Source of the DNA: Polyangiaceae bacterium
Lineage (GTDB): Bacteria > Myxococcota_A > Polyangia > Polyangiales > Polyangiaceae
DNA: 64,000 nucleotides
Direction of reading: 5' to 3'
NCBI GenBank assembly: GCA_033763455.1
Contig: JANRKO010000073.1
Span: 32,001-96,000 of the forward strand
Numbering within the stretch: the first letter of the stretch is position 1; every line of letters begins with the position of its first letter. Positions 18,614 through 28,002 of this stretch are shown in pieces. Below the pieces are notes generated by a model. That model saw only the letters and a list, made by a program, of their open reading frames with translations, was not told where the DNA came from and did no database searches. The translations under genes were made by a program, and so were the position numbers.

Positions 18614-19399
18614 CTACTTCAGCTGGGTAGCGGCTCGAAGCATCTCGTCCGCCGCAGTGATAACCTTAGAGTTGATTTCGTAAGACCTCTGGGATGTGAT
18701 AAGGCCGATCATTTCTTCGACCACGTTCACGTTCGCCCCCTCGATCGCTCCTTGCATCAAGGTTCCCCGACCATCGGAGCCCGGAGCTCCCACTTGCGCC
18801 TCCCCGCTTGCAGCCGTTGCTGTGAAGAGATTGTGGCCAAGAGCCTGCAGCCCGCTTGGATTCACAAAAGTTGCCAGCGTGATTTGACCAATCTCGACTG
18901 GCGCTTGTTCTCCAGGGATCGAAGCCATCACCTTGCCGTCCGATGAAATGGAAATACCCGTCGCATCGGGAGGGATCGTCAAAGCGGGGTCAAGCGGCGC
19001 TCCCTCCGGCGTCACGATGCGCCCTTCCCCGTCCGTTTGCAGATTGCCGGAGCGGGTGTAAGCCAACGTGCCGTCGGGCTGCTGAACAGCTAGAAACCCT
19101 CGCCCTTCGATCGCAACATCCAGCTGATTTCCAGTGGTTTGGAGCGTTCCCTGCTCGAACATGCGCGTTGAGCCGACGATGCGTACGCCGCTGCCCACCT
19201 GCAATCCTCCGGGCGACTGCGTGCTGGCACTTGTCGCTGTCCCAGGTGTCCGCACCTGTTGGTACAGAAGATCCTGGAACTCCATGCGTTGCCGCTTGTA
19301 CCCGACGGTATTGGCGTTCGCGATGTTGTTGGAGACCGCTTCCAGGTTGGTTTCCTGGGCGGCCATGCCGCTTGCGGCGATGTTGAGTGTGCGTAGCAT
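18614..19399 (-). CDS. flgG: Distal rod protein FlgG
   Basis: NNIANANT.GYK...FQDLLYQ, AYTRSG, NVNVVEEM...QRSYE.NSK; ATG 19399 after AGGAG. Confidence 0.97.
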   Translation of the reverse strand: MLRTLNIAASGMAAQETNLEAVSNNIANANTVGYKRQRMEFQDLLYQQVRTPGTATSASTQSPGGLQVGSGVRIVGSTRMFEQGTLQTTGNQLDVAIEGRGFLAVQQPDGTLAYTRSGNLQTDGEGRIVTPEGAPLDPALTIPPDATGISISSDGKVMASIPGEQAPVEIGQITLATFVNPSGLQALGHNLFTATAASGEAQVGAPGSDGRGTLMQGAIEGANVNVVEEMIGLITSQRSYEINSKVITAADEMLRAATQLK

Positions 19400-19425
19400 G
19401 GACTCTCCTGTCTCTCTGTTCGGTC

Positions 19426-19441
19426 TGCAATCTAGGTGCCA
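19426..19441 (-). promoter_or_regulatory. sigma54 promoter of the flgG operon
   Basis: TGGCAC-CTAGA-TTGCA, perfect -24/-12 consensus. Confidence 0.88.
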
Positions 19442-19499
19442 CTTGGTCTTTACCCACCCCCACGCACCTTCGATTACGCTCCACCGAACCCACAAACGC

Positions 19500-19525
19500 G
19501 AAACGGACCCATGTGGGCCCGTTTC
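19500..19525 (-). terminator. Hairpin after the sigma54 activator gene
   Basis: GAAACGGGCCC-ACAT-GGGTCCGTTTC on the minus strand, followed by a weak T-rich tail. Confidence 0.55.
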
Positions 19526-19546
19526 AACTTGAGACACGCTCTAGCT

Positions 19547-20626
19547 CTACGCCGCTCGAGTGGCGATGCGTTTGCGTTTGATCATCTCCACCAACGTGGT
19601 GCGATTGAGCCCAAGCAACTTGGCGGCCTGGTTTTTGTTCCAGCCAGTTCGGTCAAGGGCTTGTCGAATCAGGCCATTTTCAAAGTCTTCCACGGCGGTT
19701 CGCAGATCGAGCCCCGCATCAGGAAGTGCTGTACCCACGCGACTTTCGATCGTGGATCCCCGAACTCGAGGAGGGAGATCTTCGGGGCCGATCTTGTTGG
19801 TTCGGCACAGCAATACAGCGCGCTCAACGGTGTTTTCAAGCTCCCGCACGTTGCCAGGCCATTGCCAAGCAATCAGCAACTCCATGGCCTCGCGGGATAC
19901 TCCCATGATGTTCACACGACCGGTTTTCTCGCGAGCTTTGAACAAGAAATGCCGCACTAACAGAGAAATATCTTCGAGCCGTGCGCGAAGCGGCGGAACA
20001 TGCAATTGAATGACGTTCAGCCGGTAATAGAGATCTTCGCGAAAGCTGCCTTCGTGAACCGCTTGTTCAAGCTCCACGTTGGTAGCCGCGACGATGCGCA
20101 CGTTGGCCTTGTATACCTTCATATCTCCCACCGGCGAATACTCATGGGCCTGAAGCAAGCGGAGCAACTTCACCTGCAGCGCCAACGGCAATTCACCGAT
20201 TTCGTCGAGAAAAAGCGTCCCACCTTCGGCGGCAGCAACTCGGCCCGATTTGGCCGCATGGGCTCCAGTGAAAGCACCGCGGGAATGACCAAAGAGTTCG
20301 CTCTCCAACAGATTCTCAGGAATGGCGCCACAATTGACGGCGACAAACGGCTCTGCGGCTCGGCCGCTCCCCTGATGCAGCGCCCGGGCGACGAGCTCTT
20401 TGCCTGTGCCACTTTCACCCGTAACTAGTACGGTGCACGGCGTATCCGCCACTCGATCCACCATCGAGAACACTTCCATTAACCGGTCGGACGTTCCAAC
20501 AACGTCACGCATCGCCACGGGGCGCTGGCTGGCGCGCGGAAACGTGGAAACTCGGTGGAGCCCGCTGTCTCGATCTTCAAAGTCTTCAGGTGCCGGGACT
20601 CGAATGGAAAGGATCGGACTGTTCAT
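19547..20626 (-). CDS. sigma54-dependent transcriptional activator (FleQ/FlrA-like position) without receiver domain
   Basis: GESGTGKE, GAFTGA, LFLDEIG, WPGNVREL, C-terminal Fis HTH; ATG 20626 after GGAGG leaves only about 40 N-terminal residues. Confidence 0.9.
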   Translation of the reverse strand: MNSPILSIRVPAPEDFEDRDSGLHRVSTFPRASQRPVAMRDVVGTSDRLMEVFSMVDRVADTPCTVLVTGESGTGKELVARALHQGSGRAAEPFVAVNCGAIPENLLESELFGHSRGAFTGAHAAKSGRVAAAEGGTLFLDEIGELPLALQVKLLRLLQAHEYSPVGDMKVYKANVRIVAATNVELEQAVHEGSFREDLYYRLNVIQLHVPPLRARLEDISLLVRHFLFKAREKTGRVNIMGVSREAMELLIAWQWPGNVRELENTVERAVLLCRTNKIGPEDLPPRVRGSTIESRVGTALPDAGLDLRTAVEDFENGLIRQALDRTGWNKNQAAKLLGLNRTTLVEMIKRKRIATRAA

Positions 20627-20670
20627 TGGTTTGTGTACCTCCCAGGTTGGCGTGTCATGCCGAACCCAAG

Positions 20671-20687
20671 AGCAAGACGCGGGCCAA
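20671..20687 (-). promoter_or_regulatory. sigma54 promoter of the activator gene
   Basis: TTGGCCC-GCGTC-TTGCT (GG-N10-GC). Confidence 0.7.
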
Positions 20688-20973
20688 AGCGTCGAAACCC
20701 TGACATTGCAGCGGTTGCACGTTGACGCCTCTGCTGACGCGAACGTCCGGCGCCCTTGGAGCGGGTCCAGAGCGACCCGGAACACGACGCTTTTCCTCAC
20801 CCCCTTACGTAAACGCAGCACCAACCTGCGAAAACACCGCGAAAGTCCTGCATCGTGCTGCCTGAGTCCGAAAAGACCTAGGGCCAGGTCGGATCAGACT
20901 TCTTAGGGCCTTCTGGGTCAACCTGGGTGAGCGGCTCGGACCCGGAATGCCTTGAATTGTTTTTTCAGCCCGT

Positions 20974-20988
20974 TGGCACACCGCGTGC
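20974..20988 (+). promoter_or_regulatory. sigma54 promoter of the flgB operon
   Basis: TGGCAC-ACCGC-GTGC, ending 16 nt before the flgB ATG. Confidence 0.75.
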
Positions 20989-21003
20989 TCTTCGCAGTAC
21001 GCG

Positions 21004-21396
21004 ATGTCGAACCTATTCAGCGCGATAAGCCCTCTCCACAGTGCGCTCGACTACCACTTGGAGCGCAGCAGTGTGCTTGCCTCCAACGTCGCACATGTCG
21101 ACACTCCAGGGTTCAAGCCGAAAGACCTTGAACGGGTCTCATTTGATGAGTCCTTCAATACCGCACTCCGCGTCACGCATGAGCGGCACATGGGGGGAGC
21201 CCCGGCATCTTTCGAAAATGGTCGAGTCTTTACTGACCTCTCCGCGGGCGGCGGCAAAGACGGCAACTTTGTCTCGCTCGACCGTGAAGCCGCAAAGGTA
21301 GCCGCCAATCAGATGCGCTACGACGTTGTCTCAGCCGTCGCGTCGTCTGAGCTTCGAGCACTCACATTCGCAGCTAGCGATGCAAGAGGAGGATAA
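21004..21396 (+). CDS. flgB: Rod protein FlgB
   Basis: LASNVAHVDTPGFKPKD, DGN.V.LDRE...N..RY. Confidence 0.93.
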   Translation: MSNLFSAISPLHSALDYHLERSSVLASNVAHVDTPGFKPKDLERVSFDESFNTALRVTHERHMGGAPASFENGRVFTDLSAGGGKDGNFVSLDREAAKVAANQMRYDVVSAVASSELRALTFAASDARGG

Positions 21397-21399
21397 TCC

Positions 21400-21831
21400 A
21401 TGTTGGGAACCTTTAGCGCCCTAGAAGTTTCTGCGTCCGGCCTCGCCGCCGAGCGCATTCGTATGAACACTATCGCCTCCAATCTGGCGAACGCACGCAC
21501 CACCAAGACCGAAGCTGGCGGCCCCTACAAGCGCATCGACCCACTCTTTGAATCGAAGTTGCTGGATTCCCAGGGCATTGAGTCCCAAGCCGGGCGCGCC
21601 GTTTCTTCGGTACATGTGGCTCGTATCGTAACCGACGAGCGCCCCGGGCAAATGGTTTACGACCCGGGCCATCCTGACGCGAACGCTCAGGGTTACGTCG
21701 AATATCCGAACGTGAACGTGGTCGAAGAGATGGTGAACATGATCTCTGCGTCCCGTGCCTACGAAGCCGGCGTGAGTGCCATCGATTCGATCAAACAAAT
21801 GGCAACTTCCGCCCTGCGGATTGGACGTTAA
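21400..21831 (+). CDS. flgC: Rod protein FlgC
   Basis: ASNLANA.TT, YDPGHPDA...GYV.YPNVN, ASRAYEA. Confidence 0.97.
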   Translation: MLGTFSALEVSASGLAAERIRMNTIASNLANARTTKTEAGGPYKRIDPLFESKLLDSQGIESQAGRAVSSVHVARIVTDERPGQMVYDPGHPDANAQGYVEYPNVNVVEEMVNMISASRAYEAGVSAIDSIKQMATSALRIGR

Positions 21832-21836
21832 TCACT

Positions 21837-22169
21837 ATGGCGATTGGACCCATTGAGGGCAACCTGCCGTTGATGCAGCCGAAAGGCACAACGGACGCTG
21901 ATTTCGTCGCGCGCCTGAAGGAAACCCAAACGCCGGGGCAAACCCAGGGCGTTTCGTTTGAAGATGTCATCGGGCAAGCGATTTTAAACACCAATCAGCG
22001 CATTCACGCGGCAACAGAGGCTGGGCAAGCATTTGCCGCAGGCAAGACGGACGACATTCATGGAACGATGCTGGCGATGAGCGAAGCTGACATCAGCCTC
22101 CGTTTCGTCGGCAACGTAAAGAACAAGGTAGTCGATGCGTTTTACGAACTTTGGCGCATGAGCATTTGA
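21837..22169 (+). CDS. fliE: Hook-basal body protein FliE
   Basis: DIH..M.A...A.ISL.....VKNKVVDAF.EL.RM.I. Confidence 0.93.
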   Translation: MAIGPIEGNLPLMQPKGTTDADFVARLKETQTPGQTQGVSFEDVIGQAILNTNQRIHAATEAGQAFAAGKTDDIHGTMLAMSEADISLRFVGNVKNKVVDAFYELWRMSI

Positions 22170-22179
22170 GGAGATTTGG

Positions 22180-23817
22180 GTGGATAAAATTCCGATCCTT
22201 GGCCAACTGTTAACCTTCTGGAGGGGGCTTTCGCTCGGGCGGCAACTCGCCTTGGCCATCTTCACGTTTGGCGCGCTCGGAGCCGCGCTCTACATTTCCT
22301 TCATCGGCTCGCATGAGAATTTCGGCGTTCTCTATGCAGATCTCAGCACCGAGGACGCCGCCGCCATTTCCCAGAAGCTCAAGGAGCGGAAAATCGAGCA
22401 CCACGTACTAGGCTCGGGGAACGCCATTGAAGTGCCCGAATCACAGGTTCCTTCGCTGCGCCTGGAGTTGGCGTCGGACGGTTTGCCGCGGGGCGGCGGA
22501 GCAGGCTTTGAGCTCTTCGACAAGCCGCGTATTGGGGCTACCGAGTTTGAGCAACAGATCAATCTGAAGCGTGCCCTCGAAGGCGAGCTAGCACGCTCTA
22601 TCAATACCATCGACGGTGTCAAGGCGGCACGCGTACACCTCGTGTTGCCCGAACGTCGCTTGTTCTTGGCGTCGGAGCAGCAGGCGTCCGCCTCCGTCGT
22701 GCTTAAGCTGAGCAACCCTTCTGCGTTCTCAAAGCAGGAAGTCGCGGCCACCGTACATCTCGTCGCTACGGCGGTTCCTGGGCTCAGCCGAGACCGAGTG
22801 TCGGTGGTCAGCACAGACGGCGTAACACTGCACCGCCCAACGTCCGGTACCGGAGACGAGGGCGGAGGCGGCGACGACCAGCGCCAGGAAAAAGAGCAAG
22901 AGGCAGCCACTCGGCTCGAAGACCATGTGCGCAGCCTGCTTGAAAGAGTCGTGGGCGTTGGCAACGCGGAGGTACGGATGTCAGTAGCGCTCGATCCGTC
23001 GGTCACCGAGCGCACCCTCGAACGCTATGAACCCGCCAAAACAGCCCTCCGCAGCGAGTATCTGACCGAAGAACGCACGGGCGGCGATGCCGCGAGCGTG
23101 GCAGGCGTGCCGGGCGCCCAGAGCAACTTGGGAGACAAAGGGGGCGAGGTCACCACTACCACCGTTGATAAGAGCGGCAACGTGCTCAGAACGAGCCACC
23201 AGCGCAATTGGGAGATCGATCGCGTTCTTGAGAAAACAAAGATCCCATCTGGGCAGATCCAGCGTGTAAGCATGGCAGTTCTCGTCAACAAAAAGGCCAA
23301 CCAGAACATCAACAAAGACATGCTCGCGTCTTTGGGGCAGATGGCCAAGCAATCCATCGGCTTCAGCGAGCAACGCGGTGACGCCTTCAGCATCGACTCG
23401 ATCGACTTTGCCAAGGTTGATATTGCCGACGTGGCAGAGGAGCCAGTCCCTGTTTGGAAGAAGGCCATCAACTATGTGCCGATGGCGCTCGGAGCCCTCG
23501 TAGCGCTGGTGCTTCTGATCGTGATTCTAAAGAGTCAGAAGAGCCGGCAAACTGACGAACAGACCTACGCTCGATTAAACGCGGCCAAACAGGTAGCCAC
23601 CCAAGAGCTTCAAGGCACACGCGAACAAATCCTGAACCTACCTTCAGCCTCCAACGCAAACAACCCTGCCCAGCTCGGTGATGGTGCGCCGAGGAAGGAG
23701 GAGGTGCGCTCACGAGCATTGGAGCTGGCCTCTCAAGATCCTGCGACTGCGGCCGTTATTCTCCGTTCATGGCTGAACTCTGGCGCGTCGCCCGAACCCA
23801 TCACTGGAGAATCTTAA
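22180..23817 (+). CDS. fliF: MS-ring protein FliF
   Basis: GFELFD, RALEGELARSI, ARVHLV.P, ASASV, GVPGA.SN; two TM segments. Confidence 0.96.
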   Translation: MDKIPILGQLLTFWRGLSLGRQLALAIFTFGALGAALYISFIGSHENFGVLYADLSTEDAAAISQKLKERKIEHHVLGSGNAIEVPESQVPSLRLELASDGLPRGGGAGFELFDKPRIGATEFEQQINLKRALEGELARSINTIDGVKAARVHLVLPERRLFLASEQQASASVVLKLSNPSAFSKQEVAATVHLVATAVPGLSRDRVSVVSTDGVTLHRPTSGTGDEGGGGDDQRQEKEQEAATRLEDHVRSLLERVVGVGNAEVRMSVALDPSVTERTLERYEPAKTALRSEYLTEERTGGDAASVAGVPGAQSNLGDKGGEVTTTTVDKSGNVLRTSHQRNWEIDRVLEKTKIPSGQIQRVSMAVLVNKKANQNINKDMLASLGQMAKQSIGFSEQRGDAFSIDSIDFAKVDIADVAEEPVPVWKKAINYVPMALGALVALVLLIVILKSQKSRQTDEQTYARLNAAKQVATQELQGTREQILNLPSASNANNPAQLGDGAPRKEEVRSRALELASQDPATAAVILRSWLNSGASPEPITGES

Positions 23818-23832
23818 CTGGCAACTCGTGCC

Positions 23833-24816
23833 ATGGCTGAACTCACCGGCCCCGAAAAGGCAGTATTGATGCTGCTCTCGATGGACGAAAGCACTGCCGT
23901 GCCAGTCGTGGCCGAGCTCGACGCAACCGACATCAAGAAGCTGCGCGATGTGGCGCTCTTGATGCGGGAAGTCCCGGCAAGTTCGCTGGATCGGGTGTAC
24001 CAAGAGTTCATCGCACGCACGCAACAAGCCGTGGCGGTACCGAAGGGTGGCGAGCGCTACCTGCGAAAGATCACTACTCGGGCACTCGGCGAAGCCAAGA
24101 CCAACGAACTCTTTCACGAAGGCGCCACCTCTGCCATGGAGCGTCTTTCAAGCGCGGATCCCACCCAGCTTGGATCGATCCTCGAACGTGAACACCCTCA
24201 ATTGGTAGCGGCTCTAATGTCGCAAATGAGTACCGACCGAGCTGCCCTGCTCCTTCAGGCGCTGCCCGAAGAACAGCGTTCCGTCGTACTCGAACGGTTA
24301 AGCACCATGACGGAAATCCCCGCCGGGCTCTTGGAAGAGGTCGCCGCAGCGCTCAGCACGGAGCTGCCCACCGGTGGCACCGAAGCCGCCATCTCGGTAG
24401 ATGGTATCAGCCGCTCAGCCGCTTTGGTGCGCAAGCTCGGACGCGAATTAGGCGAAGCACTGCTTGAAAACATGGACCAAGGGAACTCTGCCTTAGCTGC
24501 CGAAATTCGCCGCTCCATGTACTCGTTCGAGGACTTGAAGGTTATCGACAAGAAGGCAATGCGCGATCTCCTGAAGGAAATCGCCACCGATAGGCTCGCT
24601 CTCGCCCTCAAGACAGCCAGCGAAGAGCTGAAGATTCATTTCCTCTCTGCCATGTCAAAGCGTGCCGCAGAAATGATGCGTGAAGACATGGAGCTATTGG
24701 GGGGAGTGCGCTTGAGCGACGTTGAAGCCGCCCAACGCGAAATCGTCGAAACAGCGCTGCGCCTGGAATCCGAAGGCGTCTTGTCGCTGGATACGGGCGG
24801 TGAGCAGATTGTCTGA
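23833..24816 (+). CDS. fliG: Motor switch protein FliG
   Basis: KA...L, EHPQ, M.SFEDL, LALK, MSKRAA...ED...VR..DVE.AQ. Confidence 0.96.
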   Translation: MAELTGPEKAVLMLLSMDESTAVPVVAELDATDIKKLRDVALLMREVPASSLDRVYQEFIARTQQAVAVPKGGERYLRKITTRALGEAKTNELFHEGATSAMERLSSADPTQLGSILEREHPQLVAALMSQMSTDRAALLLQALPEEQRSVVLERLSTMTEIPAGLLEEVAAALSTELPTGGTEAAISVDGISRSAALVRKLGRELGEALLENMDQGNSALAAEIRRSMYSFEDLKVIDKKAMRDLLKEIATDRLALALKTASEELKIHFLSAMSKRAAEMMREDMELLGGVRLSDVEAAQREIVETALRLESEGVLSLDTGGEQIV

Positions 24817-25648
24817 TAGGGACTCCAACGCGCGCTTTCTGGTGAAGGGCAAAGGCCCCGGCAAGATGCCATCTTGGATTGCTAAAGGCGCGACCCAAGG
24901 CGACATGGCAGCGCCCGACGTTTCAACGCTGCGTCCGCCACGCCTTCCCACCGATCTTACCGGAGTGACCCTGCAAGCCCAGGAGCAAATGCCCAAGAGG
25001 TCTCGGGATCAACGGCCACGCTCTCGGCCTCCGCGGGGACCGGCAGGGCACGCCTCTCCCCCTCGGAGAGGCGCAGCGGATTTTGATCTAACCGGCGCGG
25101 CAGCTTCGGCGGCAATGCGCGGGGGGATCCCTGCGCGCGCGCACCTGGACTCCGTTCCACCTCCGCCCGAATCACGCCGCTCTCATAGCGTGTTTCCAGA
25201 GGTTGGCTTCGTTGTCGACGAAACGGCGCGCGCCCAACTCGAAGCGAACCTCGTCAATCTTGCGAACCTCCGCAAACAACTCACGCGCCAGATGCAGGGG
25301 CAGCTAGTGGATCTTGCCGTGCTCATTGCTGAACGCGTTATCGCCAAAGAATTGGAGACGCCTGGGCCCACGCTAAGGGCGCTAGTTGCTGAGGGTTTGG
25401 AAGCATTGACGCACCAAGATCAGCTGCTTATCCGCCTGGGGCAAGCCTTTGAGCCGCATCTTGAGAGCCTAAAATCTGCCCTTAGCGTCCAGGCACCGCA
25501 CGCCGAGGTGGTGATGGATGGTAACTTGGATCCGTATGCTTGCATTTTGCACAGCGAGCTTGGGCGGGTGGATGAATCCATCGACCAACGTTTGAAAACG
25601 ATCCTCGGTCTTGCCCAAGAAACTCTAGCCGAGGCCGACGATGAGTGA
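24809..25648 (+). CDS. fliH: FliH (export ATPase regulator) with long Pro/Arg-rich N-terminus
   Basis: LV.LA..IAE.VI..E, C-terminal C.L.S..G.VD.SI..RL; between fliG and fliI. Start uncertain. Confidence 0.8.
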   Translation: MSDRDSNARFLVKGKGPGKMPSWIAKGATQGDMAAPDVSTLRPPRLPTDLTGVTLQAQEQMPKRSRDQRPRSRPPRGPAGHASPPRRGAADFDLTGAAASAAMRGGIPARAHLDSVPPPPESRRSHSVFPEVGFVVDETARAQLEANLVNLANLRKQLTRQMQGQLVDLAVLIAERVIAKELETPGPTLRALVAEGLEALTHQDQLLIRLGQAFEPHLESLKSALSVQAPHAEVVMDGNLDPYACILHSELGRVDESIDQRLKTILGLAQETLAEADDE

Positions 25649-26966
25649 CGCCTTCGCCCGGGTTTTTGAAGCACTCAAACACGCGCCCGCGCACACTCCT
25701 GTAGGCACCGTCATCGACGTGGTGGGAATGGTGCTTGAGATCGGTGGCGTGCGGGCGGCCGTCGGTGATTGCCTGGAGATCACCTCCACATCTGGGCTCT
25801 TGCCGGTGGAGGTAGTTGGGTTTCGACAAGGCAAGCTTTTAGCTACACCGCTAGGTTCCACCAGCGGGATCCGACCCGGTGCACGTGTGGTGCATACGCA
25901 CCGAGGCGCGACTGTTCCTGCAGGCGAGGCGCTGCTCGGCAGAGTGATCGACTCCTTTGGTTCTCCGCTCGATGGCCTCCCCAAGCCTCCCAAGCTTCGG
26001 CGCTGCCCTGTTCACGCCGCCCCCCCTTCCCCGTTCTTGCGTCGCCCCATTGCCCAGCCTTTCGAGACGGGCGTTCGAGTGATCGACGGTTTTTTGAGTC
26101 TCGGGCTTGGGCAGCGTGTGGGCATCTTCGCCGGTGCCGGCGTAGGCAAAAGCACCCTCCTTGGCATGATTTGCCGTTCTTCCGAAGCGGATGTGAACGT
26201 CGTAGCGCTGGTCGGTGAGCGTGGACGTGAGCTCAATGATTTCGTAAGAAATGCACTGGGTGAAGCAGGGCTCGCGCGGAGCGTAGTGGTGGCCGCTACG
26301 AGCGATCAACCTCCGCTGGTTCGAGCACGTGGAGCAGAATCTGCGACTGCGATCGCTGAGCACTTTCGCGACCAGGGGAAAAGCGTGCTACTAATCATGG
26401 ATTCGGTGACGCGCTATGCGATGGCGCTGCGCGAAACCGCGTTAGCCGCGGGCGAGCCGCCGGCGACTAAGGGGTACACGCCTTCCGTGTTCGCAGCGTT
26501 GCCTCGTCTCCTAGAGCGTGCGGGGACAAGTGCTGGCCCGGGAGTCATTACGGCGCTTTACACCGTGTTAGTTGAAGGGGACGACCTTTCAGATCCGATT
26601 GCAGACGCCGTGCGCGGCATCTTGGATGGCCACATCGTTTTGTCGCGCAATCTGGCGGAGAGAGGCCATTTTCCGGCGGTGGATGTGCTCGGGAGCATTT
26701 CGCGCGTTGCCCCTGACGTCGCGGAAAAGAGCCTACTTCAAGACGCTTCCGCGCTGCGCGGCATGTTGGGTGCGTACCGTGACGTTGCGGACTTGATCCA
26801 GGTGGGTGCGTACCAAGACGGGAGCGATCCGAGGGCGGACGCCGCTCGAAAACTGATGCCGCAAATCGATCAATTTTGTCGCCAAGATGTTCATGAACGG
26901 GGCACCACCTTGGGTGAAACCAAAGCGCGGCTCCGAGTGTTGGCCACGCAAGGTAGCAAACGCTGA
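25641..26966 (+). CDS. fliI: Flagellar export ATPase FliI
   Basis: AGAGVGKS, GERGRE, MDSVTR, GEPP.TKGY, LDGHIVLSR. Confidence 0.96.
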   Translation: MSDAFARVFEALKHAPAHTPVGTVIDVVGMVLEIGGVRAAVGDCLEITSTSGLLPVEVVGFRQGKLLATPLGSTSGIRPGARVVHTHRGATVPAGEALLGRVIDSFGSPLDGLPKPPKLRRCPVHAAPPSPFLRRPIAQPFETGVRVIDGFLSLGLGQRVGIFAGAGVGKSTLLGMICRSSEADVNVVALVGERGRELNDFVRNALGEAGLARSVVVAATSDQPPLVRARGAESATAIAEHFRDQGKSVLLIMDSVTRYAMALRETALAAGEPPATKGYTPSVFAALPRLLERAGTSAGPGVITALYTVLVEGDDLSDPIADAVRGILDGHIVLSRNLAERGHFPAVDVLGSISRVAPDVAEKSLLQDASALRGMLGAYRDVADLIQVGAYQDGSDPRADAARKLMPQIDQFCRQDVHERGTTLGETKARLRVLATQGSKR

Positions 26967-27412
26967 TGGATCGCCGCCGTATTCAGAAGTTGCTCGAACT
27001 TCGGCAGAAGGCACTCGATACCAAAGTCTCCGAGCTCGGAGCAGCACGCCAGGCCGTTGAAACAGCGATCGCGGCTGTGACCCGGGCGGCAAGCGCACTC
27101 GAACGTGCCGCCGACGAACGCAAACAAATGAATCGTGCGGGCGCCGACTGGCAAACCTGGGTCACTACTCAGGATTGGATGAGCCTCAAGGCGCGCGAGT
27201 TTTCAGCCGCGCAGCAGCAAAAGTCCCACTGTGAGCGCCTCGCAGAGCGCGCGCTCGCCGCCGTCCATAAAGCGCGCTCAGAAGCCCTCCGTATCGAAGC
27301 GCTGCTGGCCCGCGTAGACAGTGAAGCACGGCAGAAAGAGCTCAGGAAAGAACGACGCGCCGAAGACGAATTTCAAGCCAATCAATCAGCACGGGAGGAA
27401 ATCTCGCGATGA
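26966..27412 (+). CDS. fliJ: FliJ-like export chaperone
   Basis: Coiled-coil, L..LR N-terminus, E....DE C-terminus; coupled to fliI. Confidence 0.75.
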   Translation: MDRRRIQKLLELRQKALDTKVSELGAARQAVETAIAAVTRAASALERAADERKQMNRAGADWQTWVTTQDWMSLKAREFSAAQQQKSHCERLAERALAAVHKARSEALRIEALLARVDSEARQKELRKERRAEDEFQANQSAREEISR

Positions 27413-27999
27413 CGCCCACGCTCGGGAACTTCTCGACTCGCATCGAGCTCGCCCTCACGGACACGAGTCAGGGTGCCCCATCGGACGACGATGCCACCTG
27501 GGCAAGAGTTGCCGCAGCCTTTGCCCACAGCGCACCACCTCCGATGCCCGTATCCGTAAATGGCACGGCAGCGTCAGCCGCCTGGCGCCCAAACGACGTC
27601 CCCGTGACGGCCACCGCAGACTCTCCCCAAGGCGCAGCCGCTAGCAGTCAGCTCGGTAGCACCGCCAGTGCAGGGGCCGAACCTGGGAGCCTCTCATTGA
27701 AGTTTTCAACCCCGGAATTCGGAGAAATGTCGCTAAAGGTTGAGCGCAGCCTCACCGGCACTCGAGTTGAGCTGAGTGTTGAGCAACTCAATGCCTTTCA
27801 GAGGCTGCAGGGAGAACTGCAGAACCTCGGCAATGTCTTGCGCGCCGCCGGGCTGAACATCGCCTCGCTACAGGTAGTCCAGAAGGCTGGCACTGCCCTT
27901 GCACAGCAAGCGAATGGTCGTCGCAATATCGCCTTGGTGGGTCAACCCCAGGCCCACTCCAGCAACCCAGAACGGCGACGAGTGAAAGTAATAGGATAA
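27409..27999 (+). CDS. fliK: Short hook-length control protein FliK
   Basis: Disordered Pro/Ala N-half plus L....PEFGEM.L.V...L..L...L...GL....L.V domain; upstream of flgD. Confidence 0.65.
   Translation: MTPTLGNFSTRIELALTDTSQGAPSDDDATWARVAAAFAHSAPPPMPVSVNGTAASAAWRPNDVPVTATADSPQGAAASSQLGSTASAGAEPGSLSLKFSTPEFGEMSLKVERSLTGTRVELSVEQLNAFQRLQGELQNLGNVLRAAGLNIASLQVVQKAGTALAQQANGRRNIALVGQPQAHSSNPERRRVKVIG
27888..27903 (+). promoter_or_regulatory. Internal sigma54 promoter for flgD-flgE
   Basis: TGGCAC-TGCCC-TTGCA, perfect consensus, inside the fliK-like ORF. Confidence 0.75.
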
Positions 28000-28002
28000 A
28001 TC

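Noticed and set aside
20627..20824. N-terminal extensions given by the ORF track (activator; also flgG, csrA, trmFO, murB)
   Set aside because: They overlap promoters or neighbouring genes; downstream starts match family N-termini and often have SD sequences.
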